A stretch of 63,482 nucleotides of DNA, counting the filler, from Reticulomyxa filosa (taxonomy: Eukaryota; Protista; Foraminifera), in the NCBI GenBank assembly GCA_000512085.1. It is 21 parts of 21 records of this genome, joined end to end, with 100 filler letters (N's around TTAATTAATTAA, not from the genome) between each part and the next. Parts side by side here need not be neighbours in the genome. Positions count along the whole stretch, not along the records: positions 49,717 to 55,925 come from ASPP01012871.1; positions 56,026 to 59,918 come from ASPP01009798.1; positions 60,019 to 61,154 come from ASPP01025317.1; positions 61,255 to 62,270 come from ASPP01032005.1; positions 62,371 to 63,482 come from ASPP01023527.1; 16 more parts are not named here. The stretch is one strand, 5' to 3'. This document shows, in pieces, positions 49,766 through 63,440 of this stretch. Position numbers and translations under genes: made by a program. Every line of letters begins with the position of its first letter. Position 1 is the stretch's first letter. The notes beneath the pieces are model-generated. The model was not told where the DNA came from, searched no databases, and saw nothing but the letters and a program-made list of their open reading frames with translations.

Positions 49766-52700
49766 ATATTTCAGAATCCTCTCAATCAATGTCCGCATTG
49801 AGTTCAAAAATGCCTCACTCATGAGTGGTGATTTTGTTCGTCCTGGAGAAAAAATGCTACTCTTTTCATCCGACGCCCATGGCAACACATCGCTGTGGTG
49901 CTTTGATATCGAGGTCCTCAACTTGTATCGCGACCATTCCGCTGGACCAAACGACGAGAAAGCCACCAACAAAACGCGCACTTTGCAAGACAACGAAGGA
50001 AAAGAAGAGTCAGCCGCGCTTGCGGACGTAAATGAATCAAAGGGCACAAAAAACAATCCCACTTCCAAAGAAACGGAAAAGGAAACACAAGAGCCCATTT
50101 CGCTGGAACAACAATCGAACAGTGGTCTTCAGCCCAATGCCGTATTTGTCAACCCCTTTAAAAAACAAATTTCCAGTCATTGTTATATGACCCAACCCAA
50201 ACATGTGTTGTTCATCGGAGATGCACGAGGGTCCATTTGTGTTTACTCTATGAATTTAATGAGAAATCGGACCATTCATAAACCTATACAAGTTTATCTT
50301 ATGTATACATATACATATATATATATATGTATATGTTGTGCCTGTGCAAATGCTATTGTTTGATATGCAAATACAAGATTTTGAAATGTATCCACGGACG
50401 TGAGGCAGTGAGCAGTATCAGGATAATACGAAATCGTAACGATGACGATGATAGCTCTACCAAAGATAACAAAGATAAATATGACGACAATGAAGGACAC
50501 TGTCGCATATTGTCCGCAGGGAAAGATGGCAAAGTGGTCGAGTACCAGTTGGTGGCAGACAAAACGATAATCACCAATCCCCATCTGTGGACAATGGGAA
50601 GCGCGGCGCAAACTCTCAATGCTCTGGAGTCGTCGGCCACGACCACCCCGCAGGAAATCCCCATTGGCTTTGACAAAAGCGGTCACGACATCAATCCGAA
50701 TGTAAGCTCCAGCGAGTGGAACAATCTCGCCGGGGCTAATTCAAAAGCATATCGAACCGAATTCGATTTGATGGCTCTCGGAGAAGAGGGAGATAGCCTC
50801 ACTCCGACGTCGAAAGACGTGATCGAACCCATCCACAAATACACCACGGTCACCATTTCCCAGATTTCGGATATCATTATCAACGAGCAGGGCGAAATCA
50901 TCGTGACTGGCTTCCACTCCACGTACTTTATGGTGTGGAACATTGACCAAGACTATGTCATTTTCCGTTGGAACTGCGGAGGAGGGAAACGTCCCTATGC
51001 ATTTCAATTGCTATCCAACCCACTCACGGCGCAAGTTAAACCCAGTCAACGAGGACTGCCGCCGCTCAAGGGTTGGTTATTTGCCTATACAAATGCGAAT
51101 ATTAACAATGCTGTGGGCATCTATCAACTGAATTTGCCCTCTGATGTTGCAGTTTTGTAAATGAGAGGAATTCTTCCAATATAAATATATAAACATATAT
51201 ATATATATATATACATATTTATGTATTTATTTATCTGCTTGCAAAGCTCGGTAGTTTGGTGCGCTCCTATCATCCAACCGATGTCCATCAAGTGCATTGG
51301 ATATTGTCCCCTTATTATTTAAACTTGGATATCAAACTTGCGTCGGAAGGCCCTCGCGAGTATTACCAGTTTGACAATCGAAACAACGAGTATGTGGAAA
51401 ATGGCATGGGCTTCCCCTCCTTGGACGAAGAAGAGCACATGTTAGTCACCTTGAAAAACCGTAAATTGTTCGAACGAATGCTGTTAGCCAGTTGCGGCGA
51501 GGATGGGCTTATCCATTTGTTGAGCGTTCAAGACGACCAACACGACCAACACGAGGAGAAAAAGGATGAAGATGGGTCAAAGGCGGAAGCAAAACAAGAA
51601 ACAGAGCCCCTTGCGCATGCCTCCCATCGACAAAATCGGTCGAGGAAATCGGTTCCGGATGTTGAAACGCTTACGCAAAAAGACACGCAAGCGCGAGAAA
51701 ACAATCAAGAAACGAGGGAGCTAAGCGATGAAGAGTCCACTCTGGATTCCGAAAGCAAAGTTTGGATGGATTGGCAAGACATGAAATTCGGGCGACCCTT
51801 CCATCAATTGCCAGATCACATTCGTCAATCCTTGAAGAGTGGAGACAATGTTCGCTTGGTCAGTGGAGAGGTGTTGCAACAGCCTGGAGGAAGTCATTTC
51901 CCATTTAAATGTTTTGATGTGGTGAAGAAGCATGACGGTATGAATATCGATTATATTAATACAATATATCCATATAATATGCATGCAATATGCATGCAAT
52001 ATGTATACATATGTATTATTTGTATGGTGGCATATGAAACATGGATATAGGCGAAGGGTACTTGCTATTCGCAGCGGGTGCAAAAGAGTTTTTACAAGCC
52101 TTTGAGATAATTCCGTCGCATGACGATGGACTCAAAAATGTGTATTGGAGGGCTTTATGTTTCACTGGAGGAGACAAAGCGGCGAATAAAAGGCAGCCAA
52201 CGAAAAACTGGACCAAGCCCAGCACCGATCCTTCTTCGACGTCCGATGAACCCACAATCAAAAGTCCATCCAAAACGATGGACGTTCGAATTAAAAGTGT
52301 CGTTGTCATTCCAAGTCCAAGTTGAGTTGTATTTGTGATTTTTGCTATGTGTGTCCTCTCTGTTTGATGTTAATTATGTCATCCCTCCCGTGATTTACAG
52401 AGTTTGAAGGCAAATGGCTTGTGATCACTGGCAACTCGATTGGGACCATTAGAGCATACACATTTGACGAGGAAAAACCGGAAGAGTTCCAATTCGAAGG
52501 CGAAGACTCCACATTGCACAGCGAGTCAAACAACTTCATTCCGATCTTATCTTTGGCTTCGACGTACTCCTGCAATCGCAGATACTATTTCCCGAATATC
52601 GGATTGGTGCTGTCCAACGACGAGGATAAATACTCGAAAGAGGAAGTCGAGGCTGCGAAAATGATCCAACACTTTATCACCAACTTTGGCCGAACGCCGA

Positions 52701-54169
52701 AAGAAGGCCTTGCTCAACAAAGCATGCACTTGGACGCAAGTGAAAGTGACAAAGCAATGACGCCGATTCGCACTTCGGTGTTCGGCTCCAAAGATAGCAA
52801 GAGCAATAGCAATAGCAACAGCAGTGGAGGGGATCATGCCGCCAGCAGCAGTCGAACGCCACGAGTACGACTCCAAAGCAAAAACGTCCATCGCAAAGTG
52901 TCCATGCATCAGTCGTTCCATAGCTCACATCAGACGGAGGACAAAGAATTTGTGCCTTCTTCCAGCGCCGATCCCCGCATTATCACCAATTATCAGGACT
53001 TGCCACCGCACCTTATCTTCAGCGGCAGTACAAATGGATGGATCTATGTCTGGTTTTGGGAAATCGATACCCACTCCATCCAATTCGTCGAAAAGTTCAA
53101 AACGCATTTGTCCGGCCTTAATACCATTTCCGTTTCATGGATTGACCCAACGTTTGTACCATTCACAAACAATCTCAAGACAAAGTCGAATGTCCAAGGA
53201 AAAAATGATACAAGTTTACATATACATATATATATATGTATATATGTATATGTATACATATATGTATATATATATGTATATATATTTTATATGTTTATTT
53301 ATTTATATCCTTTTTTTTTTTTTTAAATGTGCAAACTATAGACCCATTAATGAAACGTCGCTTCATATTAACATCTGGTGGTGACGACCAATCTGTTGGT
53401 TTGATTGTCGCCGATTTCAAGTCAACCATGGCCGCGTCCATTGCAGCCAGGCGTCGTCGTCAAATGACAGTTGTGGACAGTAGTGGTGATGGCGTTCGCT
53501 TGGCGGCCTGCGGGTGGGCCATCGAACTTATCAGAGAGGCTACCATTGTGTGCGCTCACATGAGCAGCGTTCGTGGCGTTTGCGTACTCCCAATTCCCTT
53601 CCTCTTCCACGAGCACACCTACCAACAGCAAGTCCAAACTCATAGCACCAGTCCCACCACAAATTCCGAGCCGTCGTCGCCCAACAAAGAGTCCAAACCA
53701 AACCAATTGGAAATACGCTCGTTGCTCAACAAACCTATGGAAAAGATACTCATTATCACCACCGGAGAAGATCAAAGGGTACGAGTTTGGAATTTTCCAT
53801 TTTCCTCTGGAAAAAAACGCTTTACTATTGATCAATTCAAAAAGTTCATTACTGTTTTTTTTTTTGTTTGTTTGATTATATTGTGCAATTAACACTTTGT
53901 TTTGTTTGCTTGTTTTTTTTTTTTTTAAAAAAAAAAAAAAAAGTGACGAAATCGAGTTAATAGAACAATGCAACGTGGATGTTGGATTAATATCGTCTTT
54001 GTCCGCACAGTACATTCACAACTTTGGTGTCCTCATTGCTGTTGCTGGACAAGGAACGCAAATGCTGCATTTATCCCTAAACAAAACTCTAAAAATATTT
54101 GGATCCAATGCTTCTTCTTCAAAACAATCCTCAAACGAACCTTCTAACAAACCATCTGAGACTCAATGA
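49766..54169 (+). CDS. WDR6: WDR6/Trm734 (Rtt10)-like WD40 protein, 5'-truncated, multi-exon
   Basis: Contains GFHSTYFMVWN...NCGGGKRPYAF, HLSGLNTI, TSGGDDQSV, AHMSSVRGV, TTGEDQRVRVW and VAGQGTQ, all WDR6-type motifs, with long low-complexity insertions. Confidence 0.85.
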
Positions 54170-55617
54170 ATTACATTCAATTCTTGTCTCAAAAACAAAA
54201 TAATAATGGTAATGATCAAACAGAAAATATGTTTATCACAACCGTTTGTGATTTTTGTTGTTTGTAATGAAAGAATATTTGAGTTGTTCCCATTTTCACA
54301 ATTCTGTTTTTTAAGAAAAGAAAAAACAACAATTGTGCAAAGAAGTTGATGTTACAAAATCTACTGAACAAATAGAAAGTCAAATGTCACAACTGAAGTG
54401 TTGATGAAATACTATCATACAAAAGGCCATTAAAAATTTTGAGTATTCTTTTATCGTTTTTAATGCTCTCTTCACTACCAAAAAAGCTTGTGAAGTATTT
54501 TTAAAAGAATGTCAGTCGTATGCATGAAGGCCGTGTTTAATGAAGCAAAACATTTGTTCAATGAAGACTTTAATAGTTGCAAAAGAAATGGAAACTTTCT
54601 CCTTGAGAAAGGTTGAAAAGTAAAGTTAATATTTTTGATATTGATTCAAAATAACTTGGTATTAAAGGCTTAATTCTAAATGTTCAAGAGAACAAAATTT
54701 GTTTACTTCTTTTCTCATTGTTAAATAAAGATTATCAACATGAGTCATGAAAGCAAAGAACCAGGCCAGACATTATGTCGCTGTAATGTGTGCTTGCTGT
54801 ATAATTTTGTGGAAGCGGACAAGTGCAGCGTGTTTACACAGCGTTTCCCGAACGTGTTAACGAAGACACTTGAGCGACTAATAAAAATGTGGTGTTCATC
54901 AAGCATTAAGAAGGCGTCGCATTCGAGTGGCGATACTAATGACGTGATCAACTCCAATGATTTGTTCAAAATCTTGTACCAGTTGATGCATGGCCGAATA
55001 ATAACTTTGGATGTAGCAATGGAAACGATAACACAAAAGCACAATTTGACATATTATCAATTTCGTTGACAACGCTTTCAAGCGAATCAAAGATCTTTGA
55101 AATGAAACATGATTTGTTGAGTTTGACGTATCTGCAGATCATTTAGAACACTTTAACTATTTGAAAAGTAGAATTGATATAATCGAAATAAATACTTCCA
55201 ATGCTGACGAAATATCATTGTCTGATTATAACAAAGCTTGTTTATTATATATTTTTTAATTATCATTATTACTTGAAATTTTTTTTTGTGAAAAAAAAAT
55301 TGTTGTGAATTTTCTTTTTTTAAAAAGCTTGATTAAATTGTTATACTAATAACCAGTTTGTTTATAATCATAAACTGTTTTTTTATAAAATGATTATAAG
55401 GTCAACTTTGATGTGGTGAAAGTCAATACGGAAAAACGCAATCCGAAAGATCCAAGTCGATTGGTTGCTAGCGCTGTTGGCCTAACTAATAATACGATGT
55501 CGATATAACACATTGTTGAAGATCATGTGTTCAGATATTGCAGTTCAAAGAATAAACATACAAACAAATAAAATAATATTGAACATTTAATTTGTGATAT
55601 TTATATATTTAAACACA

Positions 55618-55873
55618 TACAGTATAATGCAAAATAAAGTTGACTCATAAAACTGCAGCTTGTATAGATGATTGATTTTCTACATGAAAAACAACATTCA
55701 GAAAGTGCTAGATGCGTATCATTTTAAAAAAATATAAATGTTTAAACACAAATATCAAACTATACTTAGCTAAAAAAATAAAGAACAAATGTTGAAATAA
55801 TTAGTAAAGATTTAACAAAAACCAAAATTATATTTAAAAACTACACAATTTGTAAATATTTTTAAAAATTATG
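55618..55873 (+). mobile_element. Internally deleted Tc1-type element (type B TIR), interrupted at its right end
   Basis: TA-CAGTATAATGCAAAATAAAGTTGACTCATAAAAC is the inverse of 15860-15940. 55795-55873 resembles the right subterminal sequence at 15780-15852. Confidence 0.75.
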
Positions 55874-55925
55874 TACAGTAATTTGCAAAGAAAACTGAAC
55901 GCCTAAAACGATATCATATGATGAT
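55874..55925 (+). mobile_element. Tc1/mariner TIR (type A), nested insertion
   Basis: Reads TA-CAGTAATTTGCAAAGAAAACTGAACGCCTAAAACGATATCATATGATGAT. Confidence 0.85.
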
Positions 55926-57065
55926 NNNNNNNNNNNNNNNNNNNNNNNNNNNNNNNNNNNNNNNNNNNNTTAATTAATTAANNNNNNNNNNNNNNNNNNN
56001 NNNNNNNNNNNNNNNNNNNNNNNNNAAAAAAAAAAAAAAAAAAAAAAGGGGCATTGGAAAGTTCAGAATGGGGTCACAAATGAACAGCTTTGTGGAATTG
56101 GGAGCGCATGATCAAACAGAAACACACAAAGCACAAACTTACATAGGGTTGCCGCCGATGGATCAACGTGTGATTGCAGCGTCACAAACAATTGATCGAA
56201 AAACGATGCAAAAGAGAGCAGCAAGTGGTGATAGTAATGATAGCTATTTTGAGTGTTTTTCAGCAAGATTTTCACACGATTTATTTCGTCATTCTGTTGT
56301 TTTATTCGAATGCTTTGCTCGTGATTTTGTAATTTCAATAATCCTTTTCCCTGTTTGTTTTTTTTTATTTGTATTTGTATTTTTTTTATTGTATTTGTGC
56401 TTGTATTTCGTCCATCTTCTCTGTACAATATCCACACAATCTCCTTCAAAGAATACTTTTTTTTTTTTGCAAAACTAGAAATAGAACTTTTAAAAAAAAC
56501 TTTGAATTGTTTGGCGTCAAACTGTCAGCTGAGGGTTTTTCAGAATAGGTTGATATCCTTTATCAAGCGCATATCCGATGGTACGCCGACGTTTGTTTGG
56601 AAAATTTTCACTTTTTAGTTTTCTCTTTCGTGATTGACGGCTCATTTGGTCAACAGAGATGAATCATGTTGAGCCAACAAAAATTTTTTCCCAAACTTCG
56701 AAAAAAACAACTGAAGTGCATAATTGCTCACTGACCAGTTTTATATCCGGAAAATTTATTAAGAATCAACAACCACTGTTTAAAATTTCTAAGTAAAAAC
56801 AACTTACACTTGATCTTATGAGCACTACTACAATTTTATTTTTTGTATCACTTTTGCTTCAAGAAGACCTTTTTTTTTTTGATTAAAAAAATAACAATGA
56901 ATAATGATCAAATATGAGTCCTTGGAACGGGCAAATGGTACAAAGATTAGATTCAAAAAGAATGAATATAAGTGAAATTAAACACAGGGCACCTAAGAAA
57001 TAGGCACAATGAATTAATTAAAAAAAGATCAATCAATATGAGGAATATACATTTTTACTTTAAGG

Positions 57066-58205
57066 TTAAGCGTCTTGCCATTTGGCTTCTTTTTTTTGTG
57101 AAAAAGCAGACATTCCTTCTTTTTGATCTTTGGTGCTAAAAGTGCTATGGAAGAGTCTTCGTTCAAAGAGCACTCCTTCTTTCAAGCTGCTTTCAAAGCT
57201 TCGGTTCACAGCCTCTTTGCAAATGATGGCAATAGGCACTGATTTTTTCGCAATTTTTTCGGCCACGTCAATGGCCTCTTGCAAGACTTTTTCGTGTGGA
57301 ACGACACGACTGACTAATCCCCATTCACTGGCCTGTTGTGCAGTGATCAAATCACCAGTTAAGCACAGTTCCATCGCTCGCGACTTGCCAATGGCTCGAG
57401 TCAGTCTTTGCGTGCCACCAATTCCAGGGATAGTTCCCAAATTGATCTCTGGCTGGCCAAACTTGGCTTTGTCGGAGGCGATTATTATATCGCACGTCAT
57501 CGCTAATTCACATCCTCCACCTAATGCAAAGCCGTTCACCGCTGCAATTATCGGCTTTCTCACATTGTATGCTATTTTGTCCGCTATTGTGAACATGTCT
57601 TCTTTGTACACATCCATATAGTTCTTTGGTTCCATTTCTTTGATGTCTGCGCCTGCCGAAAACGCTTTGCTTTCCTTTTTTTTTTTTTTTTTTTTGGATC
57701 CAAATAAACAGAATTTGATACGTACAGCTAAAAAAAAAAAAAAAAGATTTTCAACGTTTTTGTAACCCCTTATTTCAAAGATTACAAAAATAAGCAGAAC
57801 AAGAGGAAAATATATATAAAAAAAAAAAAAAATTCAAATTGAAGTGAAGTAGATTTTTTGGTACTTGCCTGCACCAGTGAGCACAATGGATCGGACAGAG
57901 CTGTCTTTGTCAAGAGTTTGTAACAGGTTCACCAATTCTTCCAACAATCCTAGACAGAGAGCATTCAATGCTTTTGGACGATTCAACTGAATTATCGCCA
58001 CTCCTGATGGCCTTTTCTCCAACAAAAGGTATTCAAACGACGGTGTCGCTGTTGTACTCGTGTATCGGTTTTGGTGACACAAGCTTTGGTTTACTCCTGC
58101 CACTTGTCTCACTCCCAAGAATGGATATGCAGGCTGAAAGCGTCCATAATGGAAAAAAGTTCCCATTCTTGGACGAGGTAAATGTCGAAAACATTTTGAA
58201 GCCAT
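57066..58205 (-). CDS. ECHS1: Mitochondrial enoyl-CoA hydratase (crotonase), 2 exons
   Basis: R-rich presequence, [32 protein letters not shown] and [20 protein letters not shown]. Intron at 57670-57864. Confidence 0.96.
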
Positions 58206-58606
58206 TTATTATCAGCTTTTTTGTTGAAATTTTTTAAGCTCCTTTTTTTTTTTTTTTTTGTGCTACTGTTTCACTTTTAATTTTCTTATTCGATCTCGTT
58301 TTTAAGAAGCATAACGCTTGTACACCATCAGCGGAGGTGATTTCAAAATAAGGTTTCGTTTGTTGCAACAACCACTCTTGAAACATTTTGATTGTTACGT
58401 TCCTTTTCTTGAGAAGAAGCTGTGCAAAAATCACCTTTATTTCCTAAAATCTCTTTTAATTTTACGAATATTTGCACTATCTTTCAGCTATTTGGTGTAG
58501 ATGCTCTTTTTGAAGGACTAAATTTGGCGTGACTGCACAGGTTACGCTTTCTCCTGAAAAAAAACTTTCTTTAGAGGTATACAACAAGTTTGGCTCAAAT
58601 AATCAA

Positions 58607-59900
58607 ATGTCGTCTCCTCGCTGGAGCTGTCCAAGCTGCAAGAACGTAACCTTCAAAGCAGAATGCGCGTTGTGCAAAGAAGTAGCCCCGTCGTTCTGGA
58701 AATGTTCCTCATGGTAAGTTGTGTATTTGAAGTTTTTGAAAGAAAGATCAGTTACGAAATGACCATTTTTTTTTTTTTTTGCAACAATGAAAAAAACAGT
58801 GGTTCAACAAACTCAAAGAATGCACAAGGATTGTGGTATGAAACGGAGACAAAGAATTGCGTACAAAACAAATCAAAACACAACACAGCTCTCAAATCAA
58901 AAAAAAACAAAACAAAACAAATGTTACAGCAAAATCTGTGAGTTTGTTGAGCAAGACCAAAATGAATATGGGAATAATCACCGATACAAAAGCCAAGGGA
59001 CAAAAGTTAAAGCTAACCTTCAAAAGTGCAAAGAAGGGTCCCCTCAACAAATCGAACTTTTTTGTTTTTTTTTGTTTTGAAAAAAGACAAGTCCAAACGA
59101 ATGGAAAAGGTCACAAAAAAGTAAGTATTACTTGGATGAAAGTAAGGACTTGAACATGGGTGTCAGCGAAGACAGTGACATCATAATGGATTTTTTAAGA
59201 GACGATGTATGTAAGATGTGTGATGTGTGTGCATACATTTTCTATGTTTATATAATCATTTTTTTTTTTGGATTGAGTGAACGTACATCACTTGCATGAT
59301 TTGTAACAAATAATGTGTACCTCTATATTAGGCTCAAGTTGCAAACACAGACTTGGGCTCGGAACAATTGAAGGCACAAAAGCAACAAAAAGGAAAGACC
59401 AAGACGCTGCCAAGACGACAGCAAAAAGAAAGAGAACTGAAAATAGGCAATGTCGATGCGGACATGGACATGGATATGAATGAGCCAATGGCAATACAAA
59501 CAAATGAAGAAGAAGAAGAAATAAACATTACAAAAAATAAATGGAATTTCAATTTTTCGCACGAGTTATTTGATGATTCGAACACGATGGGATTGGAAAA
59601 GGACAATGGTAATGATGAGTTTAGCAGTGGCCTTTTCCCTTGGGATTTCAATGCAGTCCATTCGCATCACAAAGCTTCTCGTTATTCGCTTGCACATGAC
59701 AATGCACAAAGACAAAAGCATAAACACAAGCATGGACAGAAACACTCTGTTGATGGCGACACTTCAATGTTCAAAGATGTCAAAGAAATCCTTTTCAAAG
59801 AAGGTTGTTTATTCATTTTCCTTTCTCTCTCTTTCATATACATACATATACATATATAATATATATATTTTATATGTATGTGTGCATAATCTCGACAAGG
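58607..59900 (+). CDS. RanBP2-type zinc-finger protein, 5' part, multi-exon
   Basis: WSCPSC...CALC, and after splicing WKCSSCGSTN...C...C. It is head-to-head with ECHS1, with about 400 nt between the start codons. Confidence 0.6.
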
Positions 59901-60018
59901 TGTACGTAGCTCTTTTTTNNNNNNNNNNNNNNNNNNNNNNNNNNNNNNNNNNNNNNNNNNNNTTAATTAATTAANNNNNNNNNNNNNNNNNNNNNNNNNN
60001 NNNNNNNNNNNNNNNNNN

Positions 60019-60583
60019 TTGTGCACCCTTTGATCATCGTATTGAATGTAATGATATTAGGAATCAACAATTGATTACTAGTTTGATCTTGTTGTTTTTC
60101 AAACCATTGTTGAAAATAATGTTTTTGTAAATCAAATTTATTCCACATTCCCAAATGATGTAAAATTGTGTTATGAAATATGATATTTGGACGAATATGT
60201 TTATTTTGCACAATTTCAATAATTCGAATGATTGAATTAGGACATTTCAATTCTGAACATCTTTTAACTGCTGCAGAATAAATAATAATGTCTTGAGATG
60301 AGCTCTCCTTGAGGTATTGAAGAATTTCTTTACCAGATTTCATGTTTCGAAGTAATGATCGTTCATGTTGTGATTCAGGTGAAGGTGTTGTTTTTGATGA
60401 TGTACCTTGTTGTCCCTGTCGCCTTTTCATGTATTGAGTCGTTTGATACTGTTCCTCCAATGCGGCCTGGTGTGTGTTGGGTTGGCGAAGTTGTCTAATA
60501 AGAACACTAGGTACAAGATTCCAGATTGGTCTTTTGTTCAATACTCTTTGTTTAGGACCAATTCTTCTAAGAGTTGTAATCAT
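60019..60583 (-). CDS. Pentatricopeptide-repeat (PPR) protein, 5' part, probably mitochondrial
   Basis: Basic presequence MITTLRRIG..., then PPR starts DIIIYSAAV, IRPNIIFHNTIL and IPNIITFNTMIKGC. Confidence 0.85.
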
Positions 60584-61320
60584 GATTGTGCTTTGCTTTT
60601 TTATTATCAATTTCAAAAATTGAACCTTGATTTTTTGAACTAACTTTTGGTCTTTTCACAAAAATGTAATATTTTTTTTATGTTTGAAAATACGATAGAA
60701 ATACTTTTTTGATTATGGTAATGACTACTTTATAACAAATACATACTTGAAGATAATAATTTTTAAGATTTATTTTTAAACTTCTGAAAACTGATTGAGA
60801 TTGTCTTTGTTGAGGAGTATGCAATTTTTTATTCAACAAAAAGTAAGCAACTGTCATGTTTTAAATAAAATTTAATTTAATATATTAATACTATACAATT
60901 TGATCCTTGTTATTTATAATCAAGTAAAGCATTTCTAAGATTAAGCCTGACTTGTTATTGTTTTTACTATTGAATGAAGTACAACATAACAAACATCCAT
61001 TCTCAAAGAAAACACTACAATAATTATGACATTTGTAATATCTATTTTCCAAGATAATAACGTATATTCTTTGCAATTATCGGCAAATAAAGAAATGATC
61101 CAAACAAAAGTTTAATTCTTTGCCGAGTTAATGTTCTCTCCAAATTCGAATATGNNNNNNNNNNNNNNNNNNNNNNNNNNNNNNNNNNNNNNNNNNNNTT
61201 AATTAATTAANNNNNNNNNNNNNNNNNNNNNNNNNNNNNNNNNNNNNNNNNNNNTCTCTCTCTCTCTCTTACTCGCTCTTTTTCTTTCTAATTTTCATGG
61301 GTTTTCTTTGTCGTACTTAG

Positions 61321-61536
61321 TCCCCTCGAGCAATAAAGAACTGCTTCAGCAACAAATCAAAGTGTTGAAAACTCAACGCAAAGTGCTCGTCAAAGAGGTA
61401 TGCATTCTCTTTTACAATTCATACCCATCCTCATATTCGATATTCGTTGTCTTTTCTTGCATAGATCAAAGATCTTCGTGAGCAAAATGATTTGTTGAAA
61501 AATATGATAGTCAGCGGAAACAAAAACGGAATGTAG
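61321..61536 (+). CDS. Last two exons of a coiled-coil protein (not in the ORF track)
   Basis: Reads PSSNKELLQQQIKVLKTQRKVLVKE|IKDLREQNDLLKNM...*, with a clean GT-AG intron at 61398-61464. Confidence 0.7.
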
Positions 61537-62233
61537 AAATTTTTTTTTCTTTTTTTTTTTAGTTGTCAATTTTTGAAAGCATGTTTTTTTGTTGTTGTGA
61601 AGAATAATAATGAAAATTTACTTTTTGGGTCTAAAGATATAACATAAAACGAAACTCCTTTCTCTCTCGCATAAACTCCGGCCAGTTTCTTCACTTTCCT
61701 TTTGTACATGACGATTTGTTTTGGCTCACAAAGATCTCTCCAGCCACGGCAGAACTCTACACGTGACATTAATTTTTGTAGTTTTCTCGGCCAACGAAAT
61801 TTCTCTTATGGATAAATTATTGATATGTGATCTTTCATCAAATCATTGTTGGAAAGGACAATAAGTTTCCAAAACACAAAGTCCTAAGATTATCCGTTTT
61901 AGTTTAAAAATAAACAAAAGACAAAGTTGTAAAAAAGTGCGGTGCTGGAAAGAAGCCTCTTGGGCCAAAAGAAGACCCCTTCAAAAACTAAAAAATCTTG
62001 TTTATTTTATTGAAACGCAAATTCAGTTTCAAGGGAATCTTTTTTTTGGTTTTGTTGCTATAGACAATATACAAAATAAAAGCGGTTTCTTAAGTCAAAA
62101 AAAAAAATTATTCCTGGATGCCTTCTCAAACCTCAAGAAGAGCCCAAACACGCAGTTTTTTTTCCTCTCAACACTTCATTTTGAAAACTACACGAAGCAT
62201 CAAAGGCGTACAAGTGAGAAAGAGAGCGAGAGG

Positions 62234-62270
<37 letters not shown>

Positions 62271-62819
62271 NNNNNNNNNNNNNNNNNNNNNNNNNNNNNN
62301 NNNNNNNNNNNNNNTTAATTAATTAANNNNNNNNNNNNNNNNNNNNNNNNNNNNNNNNNNNNNNNNNNNNTATCTGTTAGTGCCACCACACACACACACC
62401 TTTTTTTTTTCTGCGTGAAACATTCATATACCCACACATGCAAAAAAAAAAAAAAAGTTTCCATTGACGGAAAAGCATGCATATGAACCGACGACGACTG
62501 TTGAAAGCATTGTAAGTATGTACATATGTATGTGTGTTTTTTTTTCCATTGATTTGATTAAAATGTTTGAAAGACAAGTAAAGGAGTATGAAACATTTGT
62601 TCGATTTGAATGACAATAGCAAGTGTTTGGACAGCTATTAAAAAAAAAAATAATGTGAAGCATAGCTATTATTCGCTATGAACGAATGCAATGCCAAAAG
62701 ATAATAATTTATGAAATTTTTATATGAATGGGAAATAGTGCTGAATAGAAGAAAGTCATTATTAATAATATTATTTTAAATTCAAAAATAATTATTTATA
62801 AAAAGAAAAACAAAAAAAA

Positions 62820-63440
62820 ATGGAATGCCATAATGATACGATCAGGAATCTTGAATGCATACAAAATACTGGTTCGGCTATTTCACACAAACAAAGATTG
62901 AAAGTATAATCGTGTGACGAAATGAAGGCAACATATAGGAATAAAAATTAAAGTTGGAAAGACACAAACGAAACTGGGATAATTGGAGCAATCTCGCTGT
63001 GACGGCCGTCATTCTTTAGTGTTTGTCATTGGCCACGTTTGAGGATTGCAAGCGATCCCACAATACACAGTGGCTGCTTGCACATCCTCAAATAGTAAAC
63101 AAATTGTAGACCATTTTGGAGGGATGCAATGCATCCCTAAGCGCATCAATACTATTTGGCACAAACCACCATGGCCGGCCAATAGATAAGACGCGTCAAC
63201 CGGAGTCGTCGTTCATTATCGCCTCTATTGTCCACATGAGTGGACAATTTGCCTTGCAGGACCGGTGGCGCTATTACGACTCAACATGATGCAACCTTGC
63301 ATCAAATAACTTGGTCTACGGCGTGCGCAACAACACATAGTAGCCTGGTGTAAACTGGAGACAGGAATAACATTTCATCGACTGCAAAATAACAATAAAA
63401 TGATACCAACGGGAATGCCAATGTCCAATAATCTCATTAA
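62820..63440 (-). pseudogene. Coding-like, GC-elevated segment with no intact ORF
   Basis: Exon-like composition bounded by T/A-tract sequence. It holds hydrophobic fragments (WTLAFPLVSFYCYF, RLIYWPAMVVC) but has stops in all frames. Confidence 0.3.

Noticed and set aside
54740-55240. 109-aa ORF with a frameshifted continuation
   Set aside because: No recognisable motif; it cannot be distinguished from a pseudogene fragment.
1001-62370. Regularly recurring TTAATTAATTAA flanked by Ns, read as a biological repeat or array
   Set aside because: It is an identical 100-nt artificial linker with stops in all frames. ORFs ending in X or LIN are artefacts of it.
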